DNA of 64,000 bases from Halioglobus sp. (GTDB lineage: Bacteria; Pseudomonadota; Gammaproteobacteria; Pseudomonadales; Halieaceae), in assembly GCA_037969215.1 (NCBI GenBank), contig JBBKWY010000036.1, positions 16,065 to 80,064 of the forward strand. The letters run 5' to 3'. Of the stretch, positions 11,453 to 20,791 are shown in pieces. The first letter of the stretch is position 1. Every line of letters starts with the position of its first letter. The translations under genes were made by a program, and so were the position numbers. A model generated the notes under the pieces. It saw only the letters and a list, made by a program, of their open reading frames with translations, did not search any database and was not told where the DNA came from.

Positions 11453-12120
11453 CCGCCCTGCCTGTCGCTGCGGTAGAGCAGAAACAGCAGGACGAAGGAA
11501 AAGACCATCAAGCCGCCTGCGAGACGGTGGGCCTCGCCAAACTGCAGCGACTCCACCGAGTCGTAAAGGGCGATGGACAAAACCTGAGTTTCACCGGGGA
11601 TATTGCCGCCTATCATCAGCACCACGCCAAACTCACCCACTGTATGGGCGAAGCCGAGACTGGCGGCGGTGATAAAACTGCGCCGTGTCAGCGGCAGTAC
11701 CACAGAGCGGAACTGGTCCAGTGGCGTTGCGCCCAGTGTCGCTGCCGCCTGTAACAGGCCCTGCGGAATGCGCTGGAACGCAGATTGTAGCGGCTGCACG
11801 ACAAACGGCAGTGAATAGACCACGGAGCCAATAACCAGCGCACTGAAACTGAAGGCCAACTGCGAGCCAGTGAGCTGCTGCCAGAAACGGCCTACCGCAG
11901 TGTCCGGAGTGAACAGTAATAGCAGGTAAAAACCCAGTACTGTCGGCGGTAAAATCAGCGGCATCGCCACAATGGCTTCCAGCGTAGCGGCCACGTTACC
12001 GCGATGGCGCGACAGCCACCAGGCCAGCGGCGTGCCCAGGATCAGCAGCAGGACAGTGGTGATCGAGGCCAGTGCAATGGTGAGGTATATCGCTTCCAGT
12101 ACAGCATTGTTCAAGGGCAA
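11434..12120 (-). CDS. modB: Molybdate ABC transporter permease
   Basis: 228 aa polytopic membrane protein with the ABC permease EAA-type loop (AAATLGATPLDQFRSVVLP). Overlaps both modA and modC. Confidence 0.9.
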   Translation of the reverse strand: MPLNNAVLEAIYLTIALASITTVLLLILGTPLAWWLSRHRGNVAATLEAIVAMPLILPPTVLGFYLLLLFTPDTAVGRFWQQLTGSQLAFSFSALVIGSVVYSLPFVVQPLQSAFQRIPQGLLQAAATLGATPLDQFRSVVLPLTRRSFITAASLGFAHTVGEFGVVLMIGGNIPGETQVLSIALYDSVESLQFGEAHRLAGGLMVFSFVLLFLLYRSDRQGGWRMRT

Positions 12121-12809
12121 GGTTCGTAGCCGGCGTCTGTGATCAGGCTGCGCACGGTATCACTTCTCAGCCACTGCAGGTACTCATCAACGGCGGCGGT
12201 GTGCTTGAGCACCACGGCGTATTGCACCACGGGTTGGTACCACTCCAGCGGGATTTCTGTTGCATTGGCCGGACGCTGTGCACGCGGTAGAAGCGCCATG
12301 TCCACGGCGCCGCTCTGCCAGAACTGGAGGGCCTGGGTGACGCTATTGCCCTTTACCAGCTTGCGATCCTGGCCGGCGCTGAATTCCGGTCTCGCCAGCA
12401 CTTCCATGGCGGCGCGGCCGTACGGCGCAGTCGCGGGGTTGGCAATCGCCAGGCTCAGGTCCGGTTTCGCCAATGCCGACAGCCCTCCTTCGGCTCCGGC
12501 CAGCACCAGGCTGCCGCGGGCGTAGCAGAACGCATCGGTGCTCGGCAAGGCCTTCGCTGATACCACTTTTTGCGGGGTCGCCTCGTCTGCGGCGAAAAAC
12601 ATATCGTACTGCGCGCCGTGCAGTATCTGGGTGGCCAGTGCGCCGGTGGAGGCGGCACTGAACGTCACAAATATTCCTGTATTGTCGAGGAAGGGCTCGG
12701 TGATTTTTTCAAGAGTGGGTTTGAAGTTTGCGGCCACAGCGATACTGATCGATCCGTCCGCCCACAGTGGGTTGGCCGCCAGCATGAACAGTAGTATGAA
12801 AGTGCGCAT
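12111..12809 (-). CDS. modA: Molybdate-binding periplasmic protein
   Basis: 232 aa with a signal peptide. ModA-type motifs (AAASL-like ISIAVAANF and SAASTGALATQI). Confidence 0.9.
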   Translation of the reverse strand: MRTFILLFMLAANPLWADGSISIAVAANFKPTLEKITEPFLDNTGIFVTFSAASTGALATQILHGAQYDMFFAADEATPQKVVSAKALPSTDAFCYARGSLVLAGAEGGLSALAKPDLSLAIANPATAPYGRAAMEVLARPEFSAGQDRKLVKGNSVTQALQFWQSGAVDMALLPRAQRPANATEIPLEWYQPVVQYAVVLKHTAAVDEYLQWLRSDTVRSLITDAGYEPCP

Positions 12810-12833
12810 AGAAATATCCTTACAAAGTTCTCG

Positions 12834-13565
12834 TTAAATGCCCGGGGCGGGCGTCCGGGCAAGGCACCACACCTCAATGTACGCAGCACCTGCCGCAGAC
12901 AGCGCACTGGCCACAGCAGTCGCCGTTGCCCCCGTAGTCAGTACATCATCGACGATGGCGATACGCAGGTTGTCACAGGGTTTCTGCACTGTAAAGGCGC
13001 CCTTGAGATTGCTGGCACGCCGTCGGGCACTCATCCCCGACTGGGCCGCAGTGGATCGCTGACGGCGTATCAAGCGGTGCGCTATTTCGCATGATTGCAG
13101 TTCTGGGCAAGTTGCGTGCAGTTGCCGGGACAGTAGTTCAGATTGATTGAAGCCGCGCTGCCAGTGCCTGCGCCAGTGCAGGGGCACGGGGACGATGACA
13201 TCTATGGCTGTATCGAGCGCCGCATGTTGTCGCCACAGTGAGGTGAGCAGGCGCGTCATATGCTGTTCGCGGTGATACTTCCAGCGGTGAATCAGGTGTG
13301 CGAAATACTCGTCGTACAGCCATGGAGCAATGACGCGGTCAAAGGCGGGAGGGGCCCGCAGGCAATTGCCACACAGCAGGCCGTTGGCCGTGTCGGTGAT
13401 GGGCGCCAAGGGGATCGCGCAACGTACACAGCAGCTGTGGTTGAGGGGCATTTCGCGCTCACAGGCGAGGCATAGAGGGACCTCCCGTTGGCTGCGCAAC
13501 CCACAGAGGGCACAGTGATGGGGGAACAGCCCGTCGAGCAGGCGCCTGCCAATGTTGTTAACCAT
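12834..13565 (-). CDS. ComF-family phosphoribosyltransferase-domain protein
   Basis: N-terminal Cys4 zinc-finger pairs (CALCG...CLAC, CVRC...CGNC). C-terminal PRTase motif IAIVDDVLTTGATA. Confidence 0.8.
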   Translation of the reverse strand: MVNNIGRRLLDGLFPHHCALCGLRSQREVPLCLACEREMPLNHSCCVRCAIPLAPITDTANGLLCGNCLRAPPAFDRVIAPWLYDEYFAHLIHRWKYHREQHMTRLLTSLWRQHAALDTAIDVIVPVPLHWRRHWQRGFNQSELLSRQLHATCPELQSCEIAHRLIRRQRSTAAQSGMSARRRASNLKGAFTVQKPCDNLRIAIVDDVLTTGATATAVASALSAAGAAYIEVWCLARTPAPGI

Positions 13566-13580
13566 GGGTGGGTTGCCGGG

Positions 13581-13608
13581 TTGACAGCGTAAGTGCCGTC
13601 GGTATCAT
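13581..13608 (+). promoter_or_regulatory. Candidate sigma70 promoter of the biotin operon
   Basis: TTGACA (13581-13586), 16-nt spacer, TATCAT (13603-13608). Lies about 40 nt upstream of the bioB ATG, in the comF/bioB divergent region. Confidence 0.45.
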
Positions 13609-13647
13609 ACATGTCTCTATCACAACGCTTTAATCCTCGGGTCTGAT

Positions 13648-14718
13648 ATGCATTCATCCGTCGCAGCAACCACTTCCACGACGACCACGTCGCCCGCCAC
13701 CGCCGCAGCCAGCGAGATTCGTCACGACTGGTCCAGGCGGGAGGTGGAGGCGCTCCTGGCGCAGCCCTTTAACGATCTGCTGTTTCAGGCCCAGACAGTG
13801 CATCGCCAGTATTTTGACCCAAACCAGGTTCAGGTCAGCACACTGCTTTCCATCAAAACCGGCGCCTGTCCCGAGGACTGTGCCTACTGCCCGCAGAGCA
13901 CCCGGTATGACACGGGTCTCGAGGCCGAAGCGTTGATGGAAGTTGAGCAAGTGCTGGAACAGGCGCGGGCGGCAGTGGCATCGGGTGCCACGCGTTTTTG
14001 TATGGGTGCCGCCTGGCGCTCGCCCAAGCAACGCGATATGCCGCAGGTGGTTGCGATGGTTAAAGGCGTGCGCGCGCTGGGGCTTGAGAGCTGTATGACG
14101 CTGGGTATGCTGACCCGCAATCAGGCGCAGGAATTGTCGGAGGCCGGTCTGGATTACTACAATCACAACCTGGACACCTCGCCTGAATTTTACGGCGATG
14201 TTATTACGACCCGCACTTATCAGGACAGGCTGGAAACTCTGGACCATGTGCGCGGTGCCGGTATGAAAGTATGCAGCGGCGGCATCGTGGGCATGGGTGA
14301 AAAACAAACGGATCGTGCCGGCCTGCTGCAACAGTTGGCCAATCTCCCACAGCACCCTGAGAGTGTGCCGATCAATATGTTGGTGCGGGTCCAGGGTACG
14401 CCGCTGGCAGAAGAGGCAGATCTCGACCCGTTCGAATTTATACGCACCATCGCGGCAGCGCGGATTATGATGCCTGCGTCTCACGTGCGCCTGTCTGCCG
14501 GCCGCGAAGAAATGAATGAACAGATGCATGCGCTGGCGTATTTGGCCGGTGCCAACTCTATTTTCTACGGGGAAAAGTTGCTCACGACACCGAACCCGCA
14601 GGCCAATTCTGATATGGCGCTGTTCGCCCGTCTGGGCATTGAGCCAGAACGACGCCACGTTGAAAAAGCACCGGAAACGCCCAGCCCGCATTTTTATGAT
14701 GCTGCCGCCGCCAGCTAG
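13648..14718 (+). CDS. bioB: Biotin synthase
   Basis: Radical-SAM motif [10 protein letters not shown]. Full-length BioB-like, with a Thr/Ala-rich N-terminal extension. Confidence 0.95.
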   Translation: MHSSVAATTSTTTTSPATAAASEIRHDWSRREVEALLAQPFNDLLFQAQTVHRQYFDPNQVQVSTLLSIKTGACPEDCAYCPQSTRYDTGLEAEALMEVEQVLEQARAAVASGATRFCMGAAWRSPKQRDMPQVVAMVKGVRALGLESCMTLGMLTRNQAQELSEAGLDYYNHNLDTSPEFYGDVITTRTYQDRLETLDHVRGAGMKVCSGGIVGMGEKQTDRAGLLQQLANLPQHPESVPINMLVRVQGTPLAEEADLDPFEFIRTIAAARIMMPASHVRLSAGREEMNEQMHALAYLAGANSIFYGEKLLTTPNPQANSDMALFARLGIEPERRHVEKAPETPSPHFYDAAAAS

Positions 14719-14727
14719 GCCGTTGTT

Positions 14728-15894
14728 ATGGCAGGCTTTCCCGAGCGCTTGGGCGCGGCATTGGAGCAGCGTCGCCGGGATGGACTGTATCGCCATCGTC
14801 TGACGCTCGACTCTGCTCAAGGGCCGGTGGTTCGCATCGGCCAGCGCGAATACCTGAATTTCTGCAGTAATGACTATCTCGGTCTTGCCGCGCATCCCCG
14901 CGTTATTGAGCGATTTCGCCAGGCCGCCGCGCAATACGGTGTCGGCAGCGGTGCCTCTCATCTTGTCTGCGGTCACAGTGCGCCGCACCACGCATTGGAA
15001 GAGGCGCTGGCCGAGTTCACGGGCAGGCCGCGCGCGCTTTTATTTTCCAGTGGATATATGGCCAATACCGGCATCCTCAGCAGTTTGCTGCAACGCGGCG
15101 ACTACGTGTTCGAGGATCGACTCAATCACGCCTCGCTGTTGGATGGCGGGCTGCACAGCGGCGCCCGTTTCCAGCGCTTCCCCCACAACGATATGGATGC
15201 GCTGCAGGCTAAACTGGCATCCGCCGACGGCCCGCGGCTGGTGGTCGTAGACGGCGTCTTCAGCATGGATGGCGATACTGCGCCATTGGCTGAGCTCGCA
15301 GACCTGTGCCGTGCGCAGGACGCCTGGTTGATGGTGGATGATGCCCACGGCTTTGGTGTGCTCGGCGCACGGGGTGTGGGTAGCACAGAGGCTGCGGGGC
15401 TGGCTCCGGACGCGGTCCCCGTGCTGATGGCTACACTGGGAAAGGCGTTGGGGACGGCGGGTGCGTTTGTCGCCGGCAGCGAACTGCTGATCGAGGGGCT
15501 GATCCAACAATCGCGCAACTACATTTATACCACTGCCTTGCCGCCAGCGGTGGCAGCGGCAAGCCTTGAGGCGCTGTCGCTGGTAACCGAGGAAGCCTGG
15601 CGACGAGAGTATCTGGCGGGCCTTATCCAACGGTTTCGCCGTGGCGCTGAGCAACTCAGTCTGCCACTGATGCCCTCCGCTAGTGCCATCCAGCCACTGC
15701 TGGTGGGCACTGCAGAGCGAGCGGTAGCGCTGAGTGAAAGCCTGCGGGAGAGCGGCTTTTTGATTGGCGCAATCCGTCCGCCCACCGTGCCGGTAGGTAC
15801 CTCCCGCCTGCGCATCACCCTGAGTGCAGCGCACAGCGAAACGCAGGTGGATCAGCTGTTGCAGCAGTTGGCTGGTTGCTGGGCGGAGGGCTGA
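14728..15894 (+). CDS. bioF: 8-amino-7-oxononanoate synthase
   Basis: 388 aa PLP-dependent enzyme ([10 protein letters not shown]...ATLGKALG lysine motif). Sits in the bio operon. Confidence 0.95.
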   Translation: MAGFPERLGAALEQRRRDGLYRHRLTLDSAQGPVVRIGQREYLNFCSNDYLGLAAHPRVIERFRQAAAQYGVGSGASHLVCGHSAPHHALEEALAEFTGRPRALLFSSGYMANTGILSSLLQRGDYVFEDRLNHASLLDGGLHSGARFQRFPHNDMDALQAKLASADGPRLVVVDGVFSMDGDTAPLAELADLCRAQDAWLMVDDAHGFGVLGARGVGSTEAAGLAPDAVPVLMATLGKALGTAGAFVAGSELLIEGLIQQSRNYIYTTALPPAVAAASLEALSLVTEEAWRREYLAGLIQRFRRGAEQLSLPLMPSASAIQPLLVGTAERAVALSESLRESGFLIGAIRPPTVPVGTSRLRITLSAAHSETQVDQLLQQLAGCWAEG

Positions 15895-17484
15895 GTGACG
15901 CTGCAATACGAATACTTGCCTGCAACCGGGGCGCCCCGGCAGGAGATGGTGTTATTGCACGGCTGGGGCTGCAACCGGGAAGTGTGGCGACCGCTGTTAG
16001 TATTGCTGCGGCCGTGGGCCAATATCACCCTGTTGGACATTCCCGGAGTTGCACCGGGGCACAGCTCGGGCGCAGTGCCCGACCTGCCTGAATTACTCGC
16101 CGGTATTCTGGACTGCTGCCCCCGCGAGGCGGTGTATGTGGGGTGGTCGCTGGGTGGGCTGCTCGCTACCGCGCTCGCCGACCGCCACGCTGAGCGGGTG
16201 TCGGCAGTGGTCACGCTCTGCAGTAATCCCTCGTTTGTTGCGAAAGATGACTGGCCGGGTATGGAAGCGGAGGCATTTTGCGCGTTTTCCGCCGAGGTGG
16301 AGAGTCAACCGGTCACTGCGCTCAAGCGCTTCGATACACTGCAGGTTACTGGCTCTCGACACCCACGGCGGCTGTTGCGTCAATTGCAGTCCCTGCGACG
16401 ACGTCCCGCCTCCGGCGAGCTGCTGGCCGGACTGGGCTGGTTGGCGGGGCTCGATATGCGCGTGCCTTTGTCGGCACTGAAGCAGCCGCAACTGCATCTG
16501 CTGGCGGCTGAGGATGCGCTGGTTCCTGCCGGTGTCAGTCGCGCTATTGAGGCTCGCATGGCCGGTAACCCGTCCGCCGAGGTGAAGGTCCTGCCGTGCG
16601 TCTCTCATCTTGCGCCGCTGGAAAACCCAACGGCGCTGGCAGAAGAAATTCGACTATTTCTCGACGCGGCGGGCACCTTGTTCGAGCTTCCAGATGCAGC
16701 GCCGGAATTGGAAAAAAGGGCGGTTGCCGCCTCCTTCAGTCGCGCGGCCACGGGCTACGACTCTGTAGCACGACTACAGCGCAGCGTAGGTGAGCATTTA
16801 CTTACGCATTTGGACCAATGGCCGCATGAGCCGGAGAACATACTCGATCTTGGCTGCGGCACGGGCTACTTTACCCCGCTGCTGAAAGCGCGTTATCCGC
16901 GCGCCGGGTACGTGGGGCTGGATATTGCCTCCGGTATGGTGGACTACGCCCGCAGCCGCTGTCCGGGTGAGTGTGAGTGGCTGGTGGCCGATGCGGAGTC
17001 CCTGCCACTGGCCAGTGAATCGATTGATCTGGTATTCAGCAGCCTGGTGGTGCAGTGGTGTGCTCGTCCCGAACACCTCTTGGCGGAACTGGCGCGAGTG
17101 CTGCGTCCGGGAGGTTTGTGTGTATTCACTTCGCTGGGACCCGCTACTCTGCATGAGCTGCGCTCCGCATGGGCCGCTGTGGACGCGCACCAGCACGTGA
17201 ATACCTTTTTGCCGACCGCCACTCTGCACGCGGCTATGACGCGTATTCCCGGCGCAGAACTGACGTTGCAGGAGCGGGCGTATTGCATGGAGTACACGCG
17301 TGTGCGGGATTTGCTGGACGAGCTAAAAACACTGGGCGCACACAATATGAATCGCAGCAGGCCGGCAGGCCTCACCAGTCGCCGTGCGCTACAAGGCATG
17401 TTGCAAGCGTATGAGACGAGGCGTTCACAAGGGGTGCTTCCCGCGACCTATGATGTCATTTTCGGAGTAATGAAAAAGCTATGA
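15895..17484 (+). CDS. Fused pimeloyl-ACP methyl ester esterase (BioH-like) / malonyl-ACP O-methyltransferase (BioC-like)
   Basis: Single 529-aa ORF. The N-terminal half is an alpha/beta hydrolase (HGWG, nucleophile elbow GWSLGG, C-terminal His in CVSHLAP). The C-terminal half is a class I methyltransferase (ILDLGCGTGYF, LRPGG) with the BioC-type start VAASFSRAATGYDSVARLQ. GTG start abuts the bioF stop; 4-nt overlap with bioD. Confidence 0.85.
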   Translation: MTLQYEYLPATGAPRQEMVLLHGWGCNREVWRPLLVLLRPWANITLLDIPGVAPGHSSGAVPDLPELLAGILDCCPREAVYVGWSLGGLLATALADRHAERVSAVVTLCSNPSFVAKDDWPGMEAEAFCAFSAEVESQPVTALKRFDTLQVTGSRHPRRLLRQLQSLRRRPASGELLAGLGWLAGLDMRVPLSALKQPQLHLLAAEDALVPAGVSRAIEARMAGNPSAEVKVLPCVSHLAPLENPTALAEEIRLFLDAAGTLFELPDAAPELEKRAVAASFSRAATGYDSVARLQRSVGEHLLTHLDQWPHEPENILDLGCGTGYFTPLLKARYPRAGYVGLDIASGMVDYARSRCPGECEWLVADAESLPLASESIDLVFSSLVVQWCARPEHLLAELARVLRPGGLCVFTSLGPATLHELRSAWAAVDAHQHVNTFLPTATLHAAMTRIPGAELTLQERAYCMEYTRVRDLLDELKTLGAHNMNRSRPAGLTSRRALQGMLQAYETRRSQGVLPATYDVIFGVMKKL

Positions 17485-18155
17485 GCAAGACCTGGTTTGT
17501 GGCCGGTACCGACACCGGCGTCGGTAAGACAGCGGTTAGTTGTGGCCTTCTGGCAGCAGCTGCCCAGTCCGGATTGCGCACGGCGGCGGTCAAACCCGTA
17601 GCGGCGGGCTGTGATGAAAACGGCCAGAATGAAGACGCTCTATCCCTGCAGGCGGCCATGACCGAGACGCTCGACTACAGTCAGGTAAATCCGGTGGCGC
17701 TTAATGCGGCAGTTGCACCGCACATCGCGGCCGGGCTGGAGGGTAAACGTATGCAGGCCAAACGCCTCGCGGGCCTGTGTCGCGGTGTGATGCTCGGGGG
17801 CGCAGATTTTGTACTGATCGAGGGCGCGGGCGGGTGGCGCGTGCCCATCAACGCCCGCGAGACCCTGGCAGATCTGGCGATGGAGTTGCAGGTCGGAGTG
17901 ATCCTGGTGGTGGGTATGCGCCTGGGTTGCATCAACCACGCGCTTCTTACCGCCGAGGCCATTCGACGCGATGGCCTGCAGCTCGCAGCCTGGGTAGCAA
18001 ACCAGCCTGGCCCGCGCATGGAATACCACCAGGAGAACCTCGACACTCTGCGGCAACTGCTGCCGGCGCCCTTGTTGGGGGATATTCCCTTTCTCCCCAA
18101 GTGGCAGGCCCGGGACCTGGTTGGGCATCTGGATATTGGTCTTCTCGCGCAATAA
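17481..18155 (+). CDS. bioD: Dethiobiotin synthetase
   Basis: P-loop GTDTGVGKT. 224 aa. Last gene of the bio operon. Confidence 0.95.
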   Translation: MSKTWFVAGTDTGVGKTAVSCGLLAAAAQSGLRTAAVKPVAAGCDENGQNEDALSLQAAMTETLDYSQVNPVALNAAVAPHIAAGLEGKRMQAKRLAGLCRGVMLGGADFVLIEGAGGWRVPINARETLADLAMELQVGVILVVGMRLGCINHALLTAEAIRRDGLQLAAWVANQPGPRMEYHQENLDTLRQLLPAPLLGDIPFLPKWQARDLVGHLDIGLLAQ

Positions 18156-18259
18156 GACGTAAAAAATGCTAACTACCGCTGGTGTTATAACCAGAAACTG
18201 GTCCAGGCAGCTTCAGGGTGCGTAAAAAGGTATTTGACATTCAGGCGAAATACCGGACA

Positions 18260-18278
18260 ATGTGATCGCTGAACACAT
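18260..18278. promoter_or_regulatory. Inverted repeat ATGTG-N9-CACAT upstream of the acyl-CoA dehydrogenase gene (possible operator)
   Basis: aTGTGATCGCTGAACACAt lies about 90 nt upstream of the preferred ATG at 18369. A TTGACA hexamer sits at about 18234. Confidence 0.25.
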
Positions 18279-18368
18279 GGCTTGGGCCGACAACACCTGT
18301 CGGTCTCTCTTCAGGCCGCAACTATCCAGACGCGTCTATCTACACAGAATTATCCAGAGGATTTGACC

Positions 18369-20162
18369 ATGCCAGACTACAAAGCGCCGGTGCGCGATAT
18401 TCAATTTGTTATCAACGAAGTGCTGGAATCCGAGAAGCTGTACCAGACCCTCCCCGGATTTGAAGAAGCGACAGAAGATCTCATGAACGCCATCATCGAG
18501 GAAGGCGCGCGTTTTTCAGAGAATGTGATTTCACCCCTGAACCGCAGTGGCGACGAAGAAGGCTGCCATTGGAGTGAAGAGGGTGTGAAAACGCCTGCAG
18601 GTTTTAAGGAAGCTTACCAGCAGTACGTGGACAACGGCTGGCCTGCGCTCAGCGCACAGGCAGAATACGGCGGTCAGGGCATGCCCAGTATGCTCGGCAT
18701 CATCATGAACGAATTGGCGGGATCGGCTAACTGGTCGTGGGTGATGTATCCCGGTCTCAGCCTCGGCGCGGTTAACACCGTTGAAGCGCACGGCGACGAA
18801 GAGCAGAAACAGAAATACCTCACCAAACTGATTTCCGGAGAGTGGACCGGCACTATGTGTCTCACTGAGTCTCAGTGTGGTTCCGACCTCGGTTTGTTGC
18901 GCACCAAGGCTGAGCCCCAGGCAGATGGGTCATACGCTATTACCGGCACCAAGATTTTCATCAGTGCCGGTGAGCACGACATGACAGATAACATTGTGCA
19001 CATTGTGCTCGCGCGCCTGCCGGATGCGCCTGAAGGTACCAAGGGCATTTCGCTGTTTATCGTGCCCAAATTCAATGTGAATGACGATGGAGCTGTTGGC
19101 GAGCGTAACGCGGTGCACTGTGCCTCTATCGAAGAAAAGATGGGGATACACGGCAACGCAACCTGCGTGCTCAACTTCGATGGCGCCAGGGGTTTCCTTA
19201 TCGGGGAGCCCAATCGCGGCCTGAATGCCATGTTCACGTTTATGAATACCGCCCGTATAGGTACCGCGACACAGGGATTGGCGCACGCCGAATTATCGTT
19301 TCAGGGCGCGCTTGCCTATGCCAAAGATCGTCTGGCGATGCGTTCGCTGACAGGCCCGAAAAATCCTGATGGGCCGGCCGATCCCATCATCGTACACCCG
19401 GACGTTCGCCGCATGCTGTTGACGCAGAAGGCGTTCGCCGAGGGTAGCCGAGCGTTCCTGTACTACCTCGCTCAGCAGGGCGATATTGTTGCCAATGGCA
19501 CCGAAGAACAAGCCAAAGCCGCGGATGACTTGATGGGCTTGCTGACCCCTATCGGTAAAGCATTTGTGACGGAAGTCGGTTTTGAGGCGGCCAACCTGGG
19601 GGTGCAGGTCTACGGTGGGCACGGCTTCATTCGCGAGTGGGGTATGGAGCAAATCGTACGCGACGCAAGAATTGCGATGCTTTATGAAGGCACTACCGGC
19701 ATTCAGGCACTCGATCTGGTCGGTCGCAAAGTGCTTGGCAGCGGCGGAAAATTGTTGCTCGGCTTCACTTCCGTGATTGACGCATTCTGCGAGGCCAATA
19801 GCGGCGCGGAGTACGAGGAATTCATCAAGCCGCTGCAGGCACGCAGCAAGGAGTGGCTCGATATGTCCATGAAGCTGGGCGAGGCGGCGATGGAAAATCC
19901 CGACAACGCCGGTGCCGGTGCAGTCGATTACCTGATGTACAGCGGATATGTCACGCTGGCTTACTTCTGGGCGAGAATGGCCGTATTGGCGCAGCAAAAG
20001 ATCGCGGCTGGTGATGGCGATGTGTCATTTTATGAGGCAAAAGTTATGACAGCGCGTTTCTATTTTGACCGCCTGTTGCCGCGTACCGAGTCGCTGAAAA
20101 CCACAACGCTGGCCGGTGCAGACAGCCTTATGGCAATGCCCGAGGCGCTGTTCCAGCTGTAG
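18369..20162 (+). CDS. Large (about 600 aa) acyl-CoA dehydrogenase, FadE-like
   Basis: ACAD N-terminal, middle and C-terminal domains plus a C-terminal extension. ATG at 18369 has an AGAGGA Shine-Dalgarno sequence. The track start (TTG at 18282) adds 29 unlikely residues. Confidence 0.9.
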   Translation: MPDYKAPVRDIQFVINEVLESEKLYQTLPGFEEATEDLMNAIIEEGARFSENVISPLNRSGDEEGCHWSEEGVKTPAGFKEAYQQYVDNGWPALSAQAEYGGQGMPSMLGIIMNELAGSANWSWVMYPGLSLGAVNTVEAHGDEEQKQKYLTKLISGEWTGTMCLTESQCGSDLGLLRTKAEPQADGSYAITGTKIFISAGEHDMTDNIVHIVLARLPDAPEGTKGISLFIVPKFNVNDDGAVGERNAVHCASIEEKMGIHGNATCVLNFDGARGFLIGEPNRGLNAMFTFMNTARIGTATQGLAHAELSFQGALAYAKDRLAMRSLTGPKNPDGPADPIIVHPDVRRMLLTQKAFAEGSRAFLYYLAQQGDIVANGTEEQAKAADDLMGLLTPIGKAFVTEVGFEAANLGVQVYGGHGFIREWGMEQIVRDARIAMLYEGTTGIQALDLVGRKVLGSGGKLLLGFTSVIDAFCEANSGAEYEEFIKPLQARSKEWLDMSMKLGEAAMENPDNAGAGAVDYLMYSGYVTLAYFWARMAVLAQQKIAAGDGDVSFYEAKVMTARFYFDRLLPRTESLKTTTLAGADSLMAMPEALFQL

Positions 20163-20220
20163 GCGAATTGCAGGTATCCCGGTAAGTTACTCCTGATGGG
20201 GTGACTTTCGGGCGTCTTCA

Positions 20221-20256
20221 GGGGAGAATGGCAGCTGCCGTTCTCCCTTTTTTATT
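20221..20256 (+). terminator. Rho-independent terminator after the acyl-CoA dehydrogenase gene
   Basis: GGGAGAA-(12 nt loop)-TTCTCCC stem followed by TTTTTTATTT. Confidence 0.75.
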
Positions 20257-20277
20257 TCTTATTATGCAGTAGAAGAT

Positions 20278-20493
20278 ATGACCGAAGAGCAACCTGACAA
20301 GTCGGATCGAAGCTACAGCAATCGCCTCTATCCCGAGGATCAACAAAAGGTCGATGACTTTGTGAGCCGTGGTATCAACTCGGTGAAGCGCAAGCCCTTT
20401 CGACCAATGCGACTGTTGATTCTGCTGATAGTTGTGGTGGCCACACTCCAGATTTTGAGCCAGCTTCTGGTACGAGGGGCCGGGATCCACTAG
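20278..20493 (+). CDS. Small single-pass membrane protein (DUF3094-like, tentative)
   Basis: 71 aa with a charged N-terminus and one C-terminal TM helix ([20 protein letters not shown]). Family name recalled, not verified. Confidence 0.55.
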   Translation: MTEEQPDKSDRSYSNRLYPEDQQKVDDFVSRGINSVKRKPFRPMRLLILLIVVVATLQILSQLLVRGAGIH

Positions 20494-20551
20494 TCCCGGC
20501 GGGCATTGGTTCCACGGTGCTCATTTGCTATAGTGAGCGCGCTTCAGATAT

Positions 20552-20628
<77 letters not shown>

Positions 20629-20673
20629 ATAAAATCAGTAACTTACCTCAGTCCAACCCTTTCCATCCAATAA

Positions 20674-20691
20674 CGAAACCAGTAGGTTTCG
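20674..20691. terminator. Hairpin CGAAACC-AGTA-GGTTTCG downstream of tRNA-Pro
   Basis: Perfect 7-bp stem 46 nt after the tRNA. No clear U-tract. Could be a processing or termination signal, or a binding site. Confidence 0.3.
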
Positions 20692-20752
20692 AGCTTTCAT
20701 GCGTTTCGCACTGTCAATGTTGGTCAATAATTAACCAGCTATGACGATTGGA

Positions 20753-20772
20753 AACCCCGGGCTGACCGGGGT
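20753..20772. terminator. GC hairpin between tRNA-Pro and the 3' end of the fibre-like gene
   Basis: AACCCCGG-GCTGA-CCGGGGTT lies 20 nt downstream of the minus-strand stop at 20792. On the minus strand it is followed by TTTCC. Confidence 0.4.
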
Positions 20773-20791
20773 TCGTATGACGAGAGGGAGA

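Noticed and set aside
13654-14991. 445-aa ORF on the minus strand across bioB and the start of bioF
   Set aside because: It lies entirely antisense to two genes with unmistakable motifs (BioB radical-SAM, BioF PLP). The product is Arg/Gly/His-rich low-complexity sequence, typical of shadow ORFs in GC-rich DNA.
15040-15906. 288-aa ORF antisense to bioF
   Set aside because: Shadow ORF inside a well-supported gene. No motif and biased composition.
19293-19997. 234-aa ORF antisense within the acyl-CoA dehydrogenase gene
   Set aside because: Shadow ORF. The sense strand encodes a full-length ACAD.
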